The notes beneath the pieces were generated by a model that was not told the origin of the DNA, did not search any database, and worked only from the letters and a program-made list of their open reading frames with translations. 64,000 nucleotides of DNA from Oxynema aestuarii AP17 (GTDB lineage: Bacteria; Cyanobacteriota; Cyanobacteriia; Cyanobacteriales; Laspinemataceae), in the NCBI RefSeq assembly GCF_012295525.1, contig NZ_CP051167.1, forward strand, positions 5,813,299 to 5,877,298, in the 5' to 3' direction. The position numbers and the translations under genes were made by a program. Below, in pieces: positions 39,972-49,492 of this stretch. Position 1 is the first letter of the stretch. Each line of letters begins with the position of its first letter.

Positions 39972-40586
39972 ATGAGCGAACACGGTAACGGCGATCGCCC
40001 CGGTCCGGTCAAACACCGGGTCTGGATCTGTACGGCGATCGCCCTCATTTCCGGTCTGTTCGGCGCCTATGTGGGCGGTCAGATGACCTGGCTGGCGCGG
40101 ACTCAAACCTGCGGCGATCGCCCGGAAGCCCTCAGCGCCCTCTGTCGCGCCTGGATGACGCCGGGATCGGTGTGGGAGGGCAGTATCGCGGGCTTGTGGA
40201 CCGGAACAATTTCCGGCGCCTTTTTCGCCGGACTGGCGACCCGCCGCCGTTCGCCCTCCCCACCGAAGTGCCCCGCAGCAGACCCCGGGAACGACGAACA
40301 ACTGCGCCGAGTGCATCAGCTCGTCGATGCCTTAGCTAAACCCACTCAACTGACCGACGCCGACGCCGACGCGCGCTCCCTGTCCCTGCCCCAACTGCTC
40401 TACGGAATCGGCGTCGTCGTGGCGGATTCCCCCGATGTCCCCCGCTTCAACCGCGATCGCGTCCTCGAACTGTGCCGCACGTGGGGCTATCCTCCCGAAA
40501 CCGTCGAGGCGGCGTGGCGCGCGATCGGCGATCGCGATCCGGCAGTCCTTCCCCCCTCCCCGTCGGAATCGAGTTCCGAAAATTGA
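39972..40586 (+). CDS. hypothetical membrane protein
   Basis: ORF with a TM helix VWICTAIALISGLFGAYVGG. No domain recognised. The start is uncertain between TTG 39936 and ATG 39972. Confidence 0.4.
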   Translation: MSEHGNGDRPGPVKHRVWICTAIALISGLFGAYVGGQMTWLARTQTCGDRPEALSALCRAWMTPGSVWEGSIAGLWTGTISGAFFAGLATRRRSPSPPKCPAADPGNDEQLRRVHQLVDALAKPTQLTDADADARSLSLPQLLYGIGVVVADSPDVPRFNRDRVLELCRTWGYPPETVEAAWRAIGDRDPAVLPPSPSESSSEN

Positions 40587-40812
40587 TAACCTTGCTTATT
40601 ATGATGCTTATTATGATTAACAAATAGGGTCGAACCGTCGGTTCGCCCCGGTCTCGATTCCGGGATTCCACTCCAGCCCGCCGTCGGGTCAGAGGTCTAA
40701 CTCCTTTCCCGGAGTTTTCCTATCTCCGAGATCGGGCAGCATCTTCATCAGTCTGGGGAGTATATACTTATTGTCTTGTTACGGCTTGCCTAGATTCCCA
40801 AACCCTCTGGAT

Positions 40813-41676
40813 ATGTATAGCGCCACCCAACTCCTGATTGCCGACTTCGTTGAAAAACTCCGCGAGGCTTACCATCGCATGTACGGAGGGCTTAAGCCCG
40901 ACTACGCCGATATTTTAGCCTGGGCGGGCGGTATGGCTTTAGAAAATATCGCCAACAGTGACGCCCTCTACCACAACGTCGAACATACGATCCTCGTTAC
41001 CCTCGTCGGTCAAGAAATTCTGCGCGGCAAACACATCCGCGAAGGCGGCGTTTCCTGCGAAGATTGGCTGCACTTTATTATTTCCCTCCTCTGTCACGAT
41101 ATCGGTTACGTTAAAGGGGTCTGTCGCGACGATCGCAACGGCTGGTACGCTACGGGCATGGATGGAACGATGGTCTCCCTTCCCATCGGTCGCACCGATG
41201 CCAGTCTGACTCCCTATCACGTCGATCGCGGTAAATTGTTCGTCGAGGAACGCTTCGGCGGTCACAAGCTGATCGACGCCGAAGAAATTAAGCGCAATAT
41301 CGAACTCACCCGCTTCCCCGTTCCCAGCACCGCCGACCATCAAGATACGATTAATTATCCCGGCTTAGTGCGCGCGGCGGATCTGATCGGACAGTTAAGC
41401 GACCCGCGTTATTTAAAGAAAATTGCCGCTTTATTCTACGAGTTTGAAGAAACCGGATTCAATCAAAAAGTCGGCTATAAAGACCCCGGCGACCTGCGCA
41501 AAAACTATCCTACATTTTATTGGACCGGGGTTTTCCCCTATATTCACGATGCCTTGGTTTATTTGGAATTGACCCAACAAGGGAAACAGGCGATCTCCAA
41601 TCTCTACGCCAATGTCTTTGTGGTCGAACATGACATCCCCGACGACACCAGCACTCCCTCGGCAGTTTCGTCGTGA
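40813..41676 (+). CDS. HD-domain metal-dependent phosphohydrolase-like protein
   Basis: The H..H and HD motifs are YHNVEHTILV and LLCHDIGY. ATG at 40813 (the annotated TTG is at 40771). Confidence 0.6.
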   Translation: MYSATQLLIADFVEKLREAYHRMYGGLKPDYADILAWAGGMALENIANSDALYHNVEHTILVTLVGQEILRGKHIREGGVSCEDWLHFIISLLCHDIGYVKGVCRDDRNGWYATGMDGTMVSLPIGRTDASLTPYHVDRGKLFVEERFGGHKLIDAEEIKRNIELTRFPVPSTADHQDTINYPGLVRAADLIGQLSDPRYLKKIAALFYEFEETGFNQKVGYKDPGDLRKNYPTFYWTGVFPYIHDALVYLELTQQGKQAISNLYANVFVVEHDIPDDTSTPSAVSS

Positions 41677-41809
41677 CCGTTTAGATTTTGGCGCGATCGC
41701 GTCGCGACAATTGCGTATAATCGGGTGATGTCCGCCTCAAAATGACTCCCACTGGCTGTCATTTTCGAGGGGAAGAAGCGGTGTTTATGCTCGTTCGCTC
41801 CAACGTCTT

Positions 41810-43429
41810 ATGTCTAGAAACGTCACTCATGCTTTGCGCGAAGGACTTCAGGAAATTTTGCATCGAGGAGTGACGGTCCCCGTCGGCGATCGCCCCGTTC
41901 GAGAAGCGCGATCGTACTCCTTTCACCTCACCCATCCCGGCGAACGGGTCGGCGCGATCGCCGTTTCTACCCCTTCCATTTTTGCCGATCTGGTGCAAAC
42001 GATCGGGGCAATTTCCGGACGCCAAAACGATCGCCTCGTCCGCCACTATCGGAGTTCAGAAACTACGACCCCTCCCCTTGCTTTTTCCTCTATCAGTTTG
42101 CGCGATCGCGACGGGATCGACCCGCTTAAAGAGGTTCTTTTAAAATTAAATCCCTCGAAGGACGGCGATCGCGCGGCGGCGATCGCTCTCAATTCCCCGA
42201 CGCCCATTTTACAGGGGTTAATTCGCGACGATCGCCTGCATTTTAATCTGTTTGTCGATCGCGCCGATCTCTCCAATTCTTCCCTCGCTTCCTTCCACTT
42301 CATTTGTAGCATTTTGCAAGGGGCGATCGCCGCCTGGACCGATACCCAGATTGGAGAATGTTGTTATTTTATCGGTTCGGCATTTATTGACGAAAGCAAG
42401 GCCGAATCGATCCGCCATGATTTAGCTCATTTTAAACCGAAAACTGTTTATGAATTCGGTTTCCAGGCATCTCAACTGACCACTGAATTTAGCCAACTCG
42501 ATCGCCATTTAGATCGATGGTTCCTCCTCGAAGAAAAGATGCGCTCCGGCGATCGCAACCTGGACGGAGAACTTCTCGACTTTCCCGATCCCTTCCTGTC
42601 CGAAAGTTTGCAACTACTTTACGTTTACAACCGCTACCGCCACGGCGACGGCGATCGCGCGATCGCCCGACAGCTCGAAAAACTACCCACGACCGATTTA
42701 AAAATAGCGGCGATCGACTATTTCAGCCAGATCTTTCAAGGGCAAGATCGATGGGAAAAGAGTTTAAATTTCACTTCCCGAGAACGAGAATATTTTGAAT
42801 ATCTCTGGAAACCGGAACCCGCCGTCGAAACCTATTCTTTTGCGGATATTTTTAACTTACTCGGCATTCTCCATTACAAAAAAACCCTGGTTTATAAAAA
42901 TAGCTGGAAGAAACACGGGGAAGCCCTCGGCGTATTTGCGGGAATTTCGCGAAAATACGATCGCCTCGAAACCATGTTCACCGAGAATGTCAAACCGACC
43001 GCCGACGAATCCATTTTAGATACATTTGCCGATTTAGCGGTCTATTCCACCAAATATTTAACCTATTTGGCGGAACATTATCCCGAGATTTTCCGAGACT
43101 TTCTCCAGCCTTACGAAAAGGCCGAACCTTTAGAAACCTATTGGTATAATGAGGGGTTCGATCCGATGCAACAAATTTTGATCGAACGTTACGGGCGATC
43201 GCCGGAAATTCATTCCCTAGAAACCTATCGAGACTGTTACGAAGGGATTAAAACAGCCTATCGAGAACTCGAAAACATGTTTGTCAATCGAGATTGGCGC
43301 GTCGGCGACCCGCGTAAGTGTAGTTTAGCCGCCGATTTAGCGATGATTTCGATTCACTATTTAGTATTAGCCTCCCATCGAGAACCGGAGAGTATGGCTC
43401 AATTTGCAATGGCGATCGAAAATTTATAG
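41810..43429 (+). CDS. hypothetical protein (539 aa), no recognised domain
   Basis: A long ORF with an ATG start. No motif I can assign. Confidence 0.5.
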   Translation: MSRNVTHALREGLQEILHRGVTVPVGDRPVREARSYSFHLTHPGERVGAIAVSTPSIFADLVQTIGAISGRQNDRLVRHYRSSETTTPPLAFSSISLRDRDGIDPLKEVLLKLNPSKDGDRAAAIALNSPTPILQGLIRDDRLHFNLFVDRADLSNSSLASFHFICSILQGAIAAWTDTQIGECCYFIGSAFIDESKAESIRHDLAHFKPKTVYEFGFQASQLTTEFSQLDRHLDRWFLLEEKMRSGDRNLDGELLDFPDPFLSESLQLLYVYNRYRHGDGDRAIARQLEKLPTTDLKIAAIDYFSQIFQGQDRWEKSLNFTSREREYFEYLWKPEPAVETYSFADIFNLLGILHYKKTLVYKNSWKKHGEALGVFAGISRKYDRLETMFTENVKPTADESILDTFADLAVYSTKYLTYLAEHYPEIFRDFLQPYEKAEPLETYWYNEGFDPMQQILIERYGRSPEIHSLETYRDCYEGIKTAYRELENMFVNRDWRVGDPRKCSLAADLAMISIHYLVLASHREPESMAQFAMAIENL

Positions 43430-43465
43430 TAGTCCTACAGCATGTTCCTCTGGTATGCAATACAT

Positions 43466-43575
43466 TTAGATCCCCCTAAATCCCCCTTGAAAAGGGGGAC
43501 TTTCCTCGTTGCCCCCGAAATTCTCCCAACCCCCCTTTGAAAGGGGGGGCGAAAGGAGGATAGGGGGATCGGTAC
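43466..43575. repeat. dispersed C6/G6-hairpin repeat element (solo copy)
   Basis: The sequence is gatccccctaaatcccccttgaaaagggggactttcctcgttgcccccgaaattctcccaacccccctttgaaagggggggcgaaaggaggataggggg. It holds two near-palindromes of the form C5-6 TTGAAA G5-6. Confidence 0.7.
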
Positions 43576-43958
43576 TGTACCTCATAAGACACCCGAGTAC
43601 TGTAAAAGATTGTCGATAAAGAAAACATCAAAAAATCTTGTAGGGGTGGGGTTTCCAAACCCGAGAGTTACTCCGGCGATTGCCTCATCTCAAACAGGGC
43701 TGTTCATGTTTATTTTATAACCAGTCTCTCAATTAGTTGAAGCTGAGATCGACCCGGTCAAGTCGCCACATCCCCGTAAGGACAGGGCAATACAGTATCT
43801 ACAACCCACGAATTTTACAACAAGATGGAGGAGGGATTTAAGGCGATCGCCGCCGTGTGGAAAGTAGCCTCGGATACAGCGACATCCTGTCAGATTTCGC
43901 GAAATTTTCTATACTGACGGGTGTTTGAAACACACCTGTTTACCCGATCTCTTAACTT

Positions 43959-45386
43959 ATGGAGTTCCTCCACGACACCGTGGCACTCTCGCGGATGCAA
44001 TTCGCGTTGACTGCCATTTTTCACATGCTCTGGCCCGTTCTGACGACCGGAATGGCCATTTATCTCGTCGTCGTCGAGGGATTGTGGCTGAAAACCCGCA
44101 ATCCCGACTACTACCACCACGCCCGATTTTGGGCGAAACTCTACGTCCTCAACTTCGGGATTGGCGTGGCTTCCGGCGTTCCGATGGAATTTCAATTCGG
44201 AACCAACTGGGCTCCATTTTCCGAAGCGGTGGGCGACTTTTTCGGCAGCGTCCTCGGGTTTGAAGCATCGATGGCGTTCATGTTAGAAGCCGGATTTCTG
44301 GGGATCGTACTGTTCGGTTGGGAACGAGTTCCCCCCGTGGTCCACTATATTGCGACGATTTTAGTGGCATTCGGCGCGAATTTGTCCACGTTCTGGATTT
44401 TGACCGCCAATTCTTGGCTGCAAACCCCTGCAGGCGGCGAGTTGGTCGATGGGAAATTCATCGTCAGCGATTATTTCGAGGCGATTTTCAATCCGTTCAT
44501 GGTCAACAGCGTCATGCACATGTTCCTGGCGACGTTGGAAACTTCGTTATTCGTAATTGGCGGGATTGCGGCGTGGTACATTCTCAATAAGCGCCATAGT
44601 GCCTTTTTCGCTAAAGCGTTAAAAATTGTTCTGGCGGTGGCGATCGCAGTGGCGCCCCTGCAAATCTACGTGGGACACCTCAGTGGGGAGCAAGTTTACC
44701 ACCACCAACCCGCGAAACTCGCCGCCATGGAGGCGCAGTGGGAAACGATTCCCGCCGGACAACCTGCGGATTGGAGTTTGGTGGCACTCCCCAATGACGA
44801 ATTGGAACAAAATGACTGGGAATTGAAGATCCCGAACGGATTGGGTTACATTCTCGAACTCAAACCGATCTTGTCCGAACCCGTACTCGGGTTGAAAGAG
44901 TGGAAACCGGAAGATCGCCCGCATTTATTGGGGTTAATTTACTATTCTTTCCGGGTGATGGTCGCGATTGGCTTTTTCTTCGCCGGGTTGATGCTGTGGA
45001 CTGTGCTGCAGTGGGTACGCGGTAAGTTATCCGATGCGGAAATCGACGGTCAGCGATGGTTGATGCGCGCTTGGATTTTCGCGGCGCCTCTCGGTTACAT
45101 CGCCGTAGAGGCGGGTTGGATCGTGCGATGTGTGGGGCGCCAGCCGTGGACGTTGTACGGACAAATTCGTACCGCCGATGCGGCGAGTTCGCTTCCTCCC
45201 GAGAACGTGTTGGTGTCTTTGTGTGGATTTGCGATCGTTTATAGTTTGCTGTTCTTGTGTGCCCTTTATTTCGGCAGTCGGATTATCCGCAAAGGACCCG
45301 ATCTCAACATTCCGGTGCCGATTTTCGATCGCGCCACCAGCCTCCCGGTGAAGCATTCTCCGGATCGCCGTCCTCTGGAAACCTAA
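43959..45386 (+). CDS. cydA: cytochrome bd ubiquinol oxidase subunit I
   Basis: The N-terminus LSRMQFALTAIFHMLWPVLTTG is present, with the CydA TM topology and Q-loop region. Confidence 0.9.
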   Translation: MEFLHDTVALSRMQFALTAIFHMLWPVLTTGMAIYLVVVEGLWLKTRNPDYYHHARFWAKLYVLNFGIGVASGVPMEFQFGTNWAPFSEAVGDFFGSVLGFEASMAFMLEAGFLGIVLFGWERVPPVVHYIATILVAFGANLSTFWILTANSWLQTPAGGELVDGKFIVSDYFEAIFNPFMVNSVMHMFLATLETSLFVIGGIAAWYILNKRHSAFFAKALKIVLAVAIAVAPLQIYVGHLSGEQVYHHQPAKLAAMEAQWETIPAGQPADWSLVALPNDELEQNDWELKIPNGLGYILELKPILSEPVLGLKEWKPEDRPHLLGLIYYSFRVMVAIGFFFAGLMLWTVLQWVRGKLSDAEIDGQRWLMRAWIFAAPLGYIAVEAGWIVRCVGRQPWTLYGQIRTADAASSLPPENVLVSLCGFAIVYSLLFLCALYFGSRIIRKGPDLNIPVPIFDRATSLPVKHSPDRRPLET

Positions 45387-45401
45387 GCCGCAAGAGGTCT
45401 C

Positions 45402-46412
45402 ATGGAAAGTTTACAGTATTTTTTGCCTCAAGTTTGGTTTGCGATTCTCGCCTTATTTCTGTTCCTGTACGTGATGCTCGACGGTTTCGATCTCGGCGTG
45501 GGGATTTTGTCGATTACCTCGTCCGACGAGGAACGCCGAGGGATTTTGATGACCAGTTTGAGCAATGTTTGGGATGCTAACGAGACTTGGTTGGTGTTGA
45601 TGGGGGGTGCGTTGTTCGGTGCGTTTCCGTTGGCGTACAGCACGATTCTCAATGCGTTGTATATCCCGATCTTTATGATGATTTTCGGGTTTATTTTTCG
45701 CGCCGTAGCGTTCGAGTTTCGCGAGCATTCCAATCGCAAGTTTTTCTGGAATTATGCGTTTGGCGTCGGCAGTTTTCTCGCCGCTTTAGGTCAGGGATTT
45801 GCCCTCGGCGGTGTTTTGGCGGGGATTAAGGTCGATGAAAACGGCCATTTTATCGGTTCGACCTTGGACTGGTTGAATTTGCCGTCGCTGTTAGTGGCGT
45901 TGACGTTGATTCAGGGGTACGTGTTAATTGGTTCGACGTATTTGATTATGAAGACCGAGGGGGATTTGCAAAAAACTCACTATCGCACGGCGAAATTGGC
46001 GGCGGCGACGACGTTATTGGGGGCGATTTTGATTACGATCGCCACTCCGATTTTTTACGAGTCGGCGCGATCGCGTTTGTTTGACGTGCCGCAAGTGTAC
46101 TTTTTTGGCGCCTTGCCTCTGGTGGGAGTGTTGCTGGTGGGCTTGTTGTGGCGCAGTCTCTCTCGGCAGGAAGAACGGGGGCCGTTTATTTGGACGATCG
46201 GAATTTTTCTGCTAACTTTTTTGGGGTTGGCGGCGATCGTTTTTCCGTACATTATTCCGATGCAGATCACGATTTATGAGGGTTCGGCTTCGGCGAGTTC
46301 TCTGGTGTTTATGTTGGTGTTTATCGGGTTTTTAATTCCGATTATGCTGGCGTACAATATCTATCAATATGTGGTCTTCCGAGGGAAGGTGACGGGGGAT
46401 GGTTACGGTTAA
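45402..46412 (+). CDS. cydB: cytochrome bd ubiquinol oxidase subunit II
   Basis: The N-terminus LPQVWFAILALFLFLYVMLDGFDLGVGIL is typical of CydB. The gene lies 16 bp after cydA. Confidence 0.9.
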   Translation: MESLQYFLPQVWFAILALFLFLYVMLDGFDLGVGILSITSSDEERRGILMTSLSNVWDANETWLVLMGGALFGAFPLAYSTILNALYIPIFMMIFGFIFRAVAFEFREHSNRKFFWNYAFGVGSFLAALGQGFALGGVLAGIKVDENGHFIGSTLDWLNLPSLLVALTLIQGYVLIGSTYLIMKTEGDLQKTHYRTAKLAAATTLLGAILITIATPIFYESARSRLFDVPQVYFFGALPLVGVLLVGLLWRSLSRQEERGPFIWTIGIFLLTFLGLAAIVFPYIIPMQITIYEGSASASSLVFMLVFIGFLIPIMLAYNIYQYVVFRGKVTGDGYG

Positions 46413-46472
46413 GTTGGGTTGAGGGGGCGGCGATCGTTCGTGAAGGGCGATCGGGTGACCTCTTTTTACCCT

Positions 46473-46510
46473 GTAGGGACACAGCACTGCTGTGTCCCTA
46501 CTTATTGTTG
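46473..46510 (+). terminator. rho-independent terminator of cydAB
   Basis: The hairpin gtagggacacagc-a-ctgctgtgtccctac has a 13-bp stem. It is followed by ttattgttg. Confidence 0.7.
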
Positions 46511-46667
46511 TAAATTCAATGAATCCCGGCAACGGGATTGAAACTCCTGTATCTTCGATTCCCAACCCAGCACCCCATTGCCGCCACTTCAATCTATCCG
46601 GGCAACGGGATCGAAACAAAATGCTCAATAATAGAGACGGTCCTCTCTAGGGCAACGGGATCGAAAC
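46507..46667 (+). repeat. three copies of a CRISPR-repeat-like motif (CCSGGCAACGGGAT[TC]GAAAC). Only the first is full length (gttgtaaattcaatgaatcccggcaacgggattgaaac)
   Basis: The motif has a stem CCCGG-caa-CGGG followed by an ATTGAAAC 3' handle. Starts are at 46525, 46598 and 46648. The spacing between the first two is 75 bp, a typical CRISPR unit length. The second copy aligns to the first over about 35 nt at roughly 70% identity. Confidence 0.35.
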
Positions 46668-46699
46668 AAAATGCTCAATAATAGAGACGGTCCTCTCTA
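46600..46699 (+). repeat. perfect 50-bp tandem duplication (gggcaacgggatcgaaacaaaatgctcaataatagagacggtcctctcta x2)
   Basis: Copies lie at 46600..46649 and 46650..46699. Each contains an ATG. The first ATG runs into a stop codon. The second opens the 46671 ORF. Confidence 0.85.
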
Positions 46700-46718
46700 T
46701 CGTCCGCATCCAACACCG

Positions 46719-48026
46719 ATGAGCGAAAGGCACGATCGCCACGAACCCAACCGACCCGAGACCGAACCGTCAAAATCCCTCGGCAAAGACTCCCTCAACC
46801 GCCTCAGCAGCCTCTGGAACCAAGCCACGGCGCGGCTGAAGCAGTCCCTGCCGATCGATCGCGCCGCCCAAACCGTGGTCAATTGGTTTAACGTCAGCGA
46901 CGATCGCGTGGCGGAAATTCTAGAAGCGGTTCGCGCCGAACTCCCCACCACCGAAGCCCTGTTAATCGGCAAACCCCAAGCGGGGAAAAGCTCGATCGTG
47001 CGCGGTCTGACTGGGGTTTCGGCGGCGATCGTCGGCCAGGGGTTTCGCCCCCACACCCAAAATACCCAACGCTACGCCTATCCTTCCGAAGACCTGCCCT
47101 TACTGATTTTTACCGATACCGTCGGACTCGGCGACGCCAATCGAGACACCCAGGCGATCGTCGAGGAGTTGGCCGCCGACCTACAAAAAGAGCAAGGACG
47201 TGCCAAAATCTTGATTTTAACGGTGAAAATTAACGATTTCGCCACGGAAACCCTGCGAACGGTGGCGGAACAACTACGATCGCGCTATCCAGACGTTCCT
47301 TGCTTGCTGGCGGTCACCTGCTTGCACGAGGTTTACCCGCCCCACACCGCCGACCACCCGGACTATCCCCCCGATTTCGAGGAGCTCCAACGGGCGTTCG
47401 AGCACTTACAAGGGGCATTCGCGCCGTTGTGCGATCGGGCCGTGGCGATCGATTTCACCTTAGAAGAAGATGACTATACTCCCGTGTTCTACGGCCTGGA
47501 AACATTGCGAGATACTCTAGCCGAACTGCTCCCCGAAGCCGAAGCCCGCGCCATTTACGAATTACTCGACGAAAAAGCCGGAAAACAACTGGGTGATTTA
47601 TACAGAGACGTGGGACGCCGTTATATTTTAGCCTTCGCGATCGCGGCGGCGACCTTGGCGGCGGTTCCCCTGCCCTTCGCCACGATGCCCGTCCTGACCG
47701 CCTTACAGGTGTCGATGGTCGGACTCCTCGGGCGTTTGTACGGCCAAACCCTCAGCCCTTCCCAAGCGGGGGGCGTGGTCAGCGCGATCGCGGGGGGTTT
47801 TCTCGCACAAGTCATCGGACGCGAATTGATCAAATTTATCCCCATTCTGGGCAGCGCGATCGCCGCCTCCTGGGCCGCCGCTTATACATGGGCTCTCGGC
47901 GAAGGCGCTTGCGTCTATTTCGGCGATCTCATGGGCGGCAAAAAACCCGACCCCGAAAAAATTCAAGCCGCTATGAAAGAAGCTTTTGAAGCCGCCAAAG
48001 AACGATTTAAAGGCATCGAACGCTAA
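46719..48026 (+). CDS. small-GTPase-domain protein with a C-terminal DUF697-like membrane domain
   Basis: The P-loop LIGKPQAGKSSIVRGLTG and the G3 motif FTDTVGLGD are present. The C-terminus has hydrophobic helices ILAFAIAAATLAAVPLPFA...FIPILGSAIAASWAAAYTWALG. The start is ambiguous between 46671 and 46719. Confidence 0.65.
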   Translation: MSERHDRHEPNRPETEPSKSLGKDSLNRLSSLWNQATARLKQSLPIDRAAQTVVNWFNVSDDRVAEILEAVRAELPTTEALLIGKPQAGKSSIVRGLTGVSAAIVGQGFRPHTQNTQRYAYPSEDLPLLIFTDTVGLGDANRDTQAIVEELAADLQKEQGRAKILILTVKINDFATETLRTVAEQLRSRYPDVPCLLAVTCLHEVYPPHTADHPDYPPDFEELQRAFEHLQGAFAPLCDRAVAIDFTLEEDDYTPVFYGLETLRDTLAELLPEAEARAIYELLDEKAGKQLGDLYRDVGRRYILAFAIAAATLAAVPLPFATMPVLTALQVSMVGLLGRLYGQTLSPSQAGGVVSAIAGGFLAQVIGRELIKFIPILGSAIAASWAAAYTWALGEGACVYFGDLMGGKKPDPEKIQAAMKEAFEAAKERFKGIER

Positions 48027-48130
48027 AGATCGGACTATTTGTTTCTGATTTTAAAGATTGCGGCGATTGAAAGTACCCGTTATACTTGGTTTTTTTTATA
48101 ACAAACACTCAACCAGTATTAATAAAACCG

Positions 48131-49261
48131 ATGATTCACAGCTTGCTCGATACGAGGACAACAAACTTTGGCGATCTAATAAGCAATGGTAAAATCTACC
48201 GAGTTCCTCCATTTCAAAGAGATTACTCGTGGAATGAAGAAAATTGGGAAGATCTTTGGCAAGATATAGAAAGTTTATTAACCGAACAAACCCCCATTCA
48301 TTATATGGGTGCGATCGTCCTTCAAAGTTCTCTAGAATCGGACAAATATTTTACCATCATTGACGGTCAACAACGGTTGGCTACTCTCAGTATTTTAGCA
48401 ACGGTTGTCATCGATCGATTAGAGACCTTAATTGCCAACGATATCGATCCGGAAGCCAATCGAGAAAGACAAGAAATTTTAAGACGAACTTATTTAGGAG
48501 ATAAAGATCCTCGTTCTCTCCGCTATTCTAGTAAACTCATTTTAAACAACAACAATAATGATTTTTATAAAAGTAATTTAATTAACCTTAGAGAACCTCG
48601 AAATATTCGTAAACTTACAAAATCCAATCAACTGTTGTGGAAAGCTTTTGAATATTTCCGCGATCGCCTCAACTCGTTGACGGATATCATTCAGTTTGGC
48701 GATCGCCTTGCAGCATTTTTAGCCGATACGAATGAATTAGAAAGGATTTACAATCAAGTTGCTATTGATATTGATTCACAACAAATCGATCGCCCCCGGG
48801 AAGTTTTTGAGAAATTACGTCCGGTTTATGTGAGCGATGAAAAATTTGAACGTGATTTTTCTGTATTGAAGATTGAAACTAAGGGACAAAAGAAAAAGCT
48901 AGTTCGCTATATTTTGGCAAAACTTGAAAATTATGTATCGGGCAAACCCATTAATGAGGAAACTCCATCTATAGAACATATTTTACCAGAATCACCCGAT
49001 CGTCAATGGGAACAAGAGTTTACAAACGAACAGATGGCTGACATGCGTTATCGCCTCGGTAATCTTACTTTTTTAGAGCCTTCTTTCAATCGAGAAATTG
49101 GCCAAAAGAAATACGATATAAAACGACAAAAATATCAACAAAGTAGTTACATTTTGACGCAACAAATTACTAATGATGATTGGACTCCCGATTCGATCGC
49201 GCGCCGCCAACAGGAGTTAGCTAGACAAGCCATTCGTGTTTGGAGATCGGATTTTGTATGA
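48131..49261 (+). CDS. DUF262 + DUF1524 (GmrSD-like ParB/HNH-type nuclease family) protein
   Basis: The DUF262 motif IIDGQQRLATLSILA is present. The C-terminal His-Me-like motif IEHILPESPD...LGNLTFLE is present. GC is markedly lower than in the neighbours. ATG at 48131 (the annotated TTG is at 48086). Confidence 0.7.
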   Translation: MIHSLLDTRTTNFGDLISNGKIYRVPPFQRDYSWNEENWEDLWQDIESLLTEQTPIHYMGAIVLQSSLESDKYFTIIDGQQRLATLSILATVVIDRLETLIANDIDPEANRERQEILRRTYLGDKDPRSLRYSSKLILNNNNNDFYKSNLINLREPRNIRKLTKSNQLLWKAFEYFRDRLNSLTDIIQFGDRLAAFLADTNELERIYNQVAIDIDSQQIDRPREVFEKLRPVYVSDEKFERDFSVLKIETKGQKKKLVRYILAKLENYVSGKPINEETPSIEHILPESPDRQWEQEFTNEQMADMRYRLGNLTFLEPSFNREIGQKKYDIKRQKYQQSSYILTQQITNDDWTPDSIARRQQELARQAIRVWRSDFV

Positions 49262-49492
49262 TTGCGAACAGAGATCGAGAGGTTTGCTGTTCTAAAGTAT
49301 AGTATTCTTAAATAAGTTGAATCTGAGATCGATCTGGGAAAGTTGCCAAATCCCCGTACGGACAAGGCATTCCCGCGTCCATACAATCCCTAAAGTTTAC
49401 AACCAATTGAAGAGGGCTATATAGTCATTATTGATTGTTTTTAGAGATCTAAACTTCACTGAATAGAGAATATATCGATTATTTCCCCGATT

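Noticed and set aside
40620-40690. tRNA-like T-arm fragment (cccggtctcgattccggg) after a GC hairpin
   Set aside because: The loop sequence deviates from the TTCGAAT consensus. No acceptor stem, anticodon arm or CCA context is present. It is probably a terminator-like hairpin.
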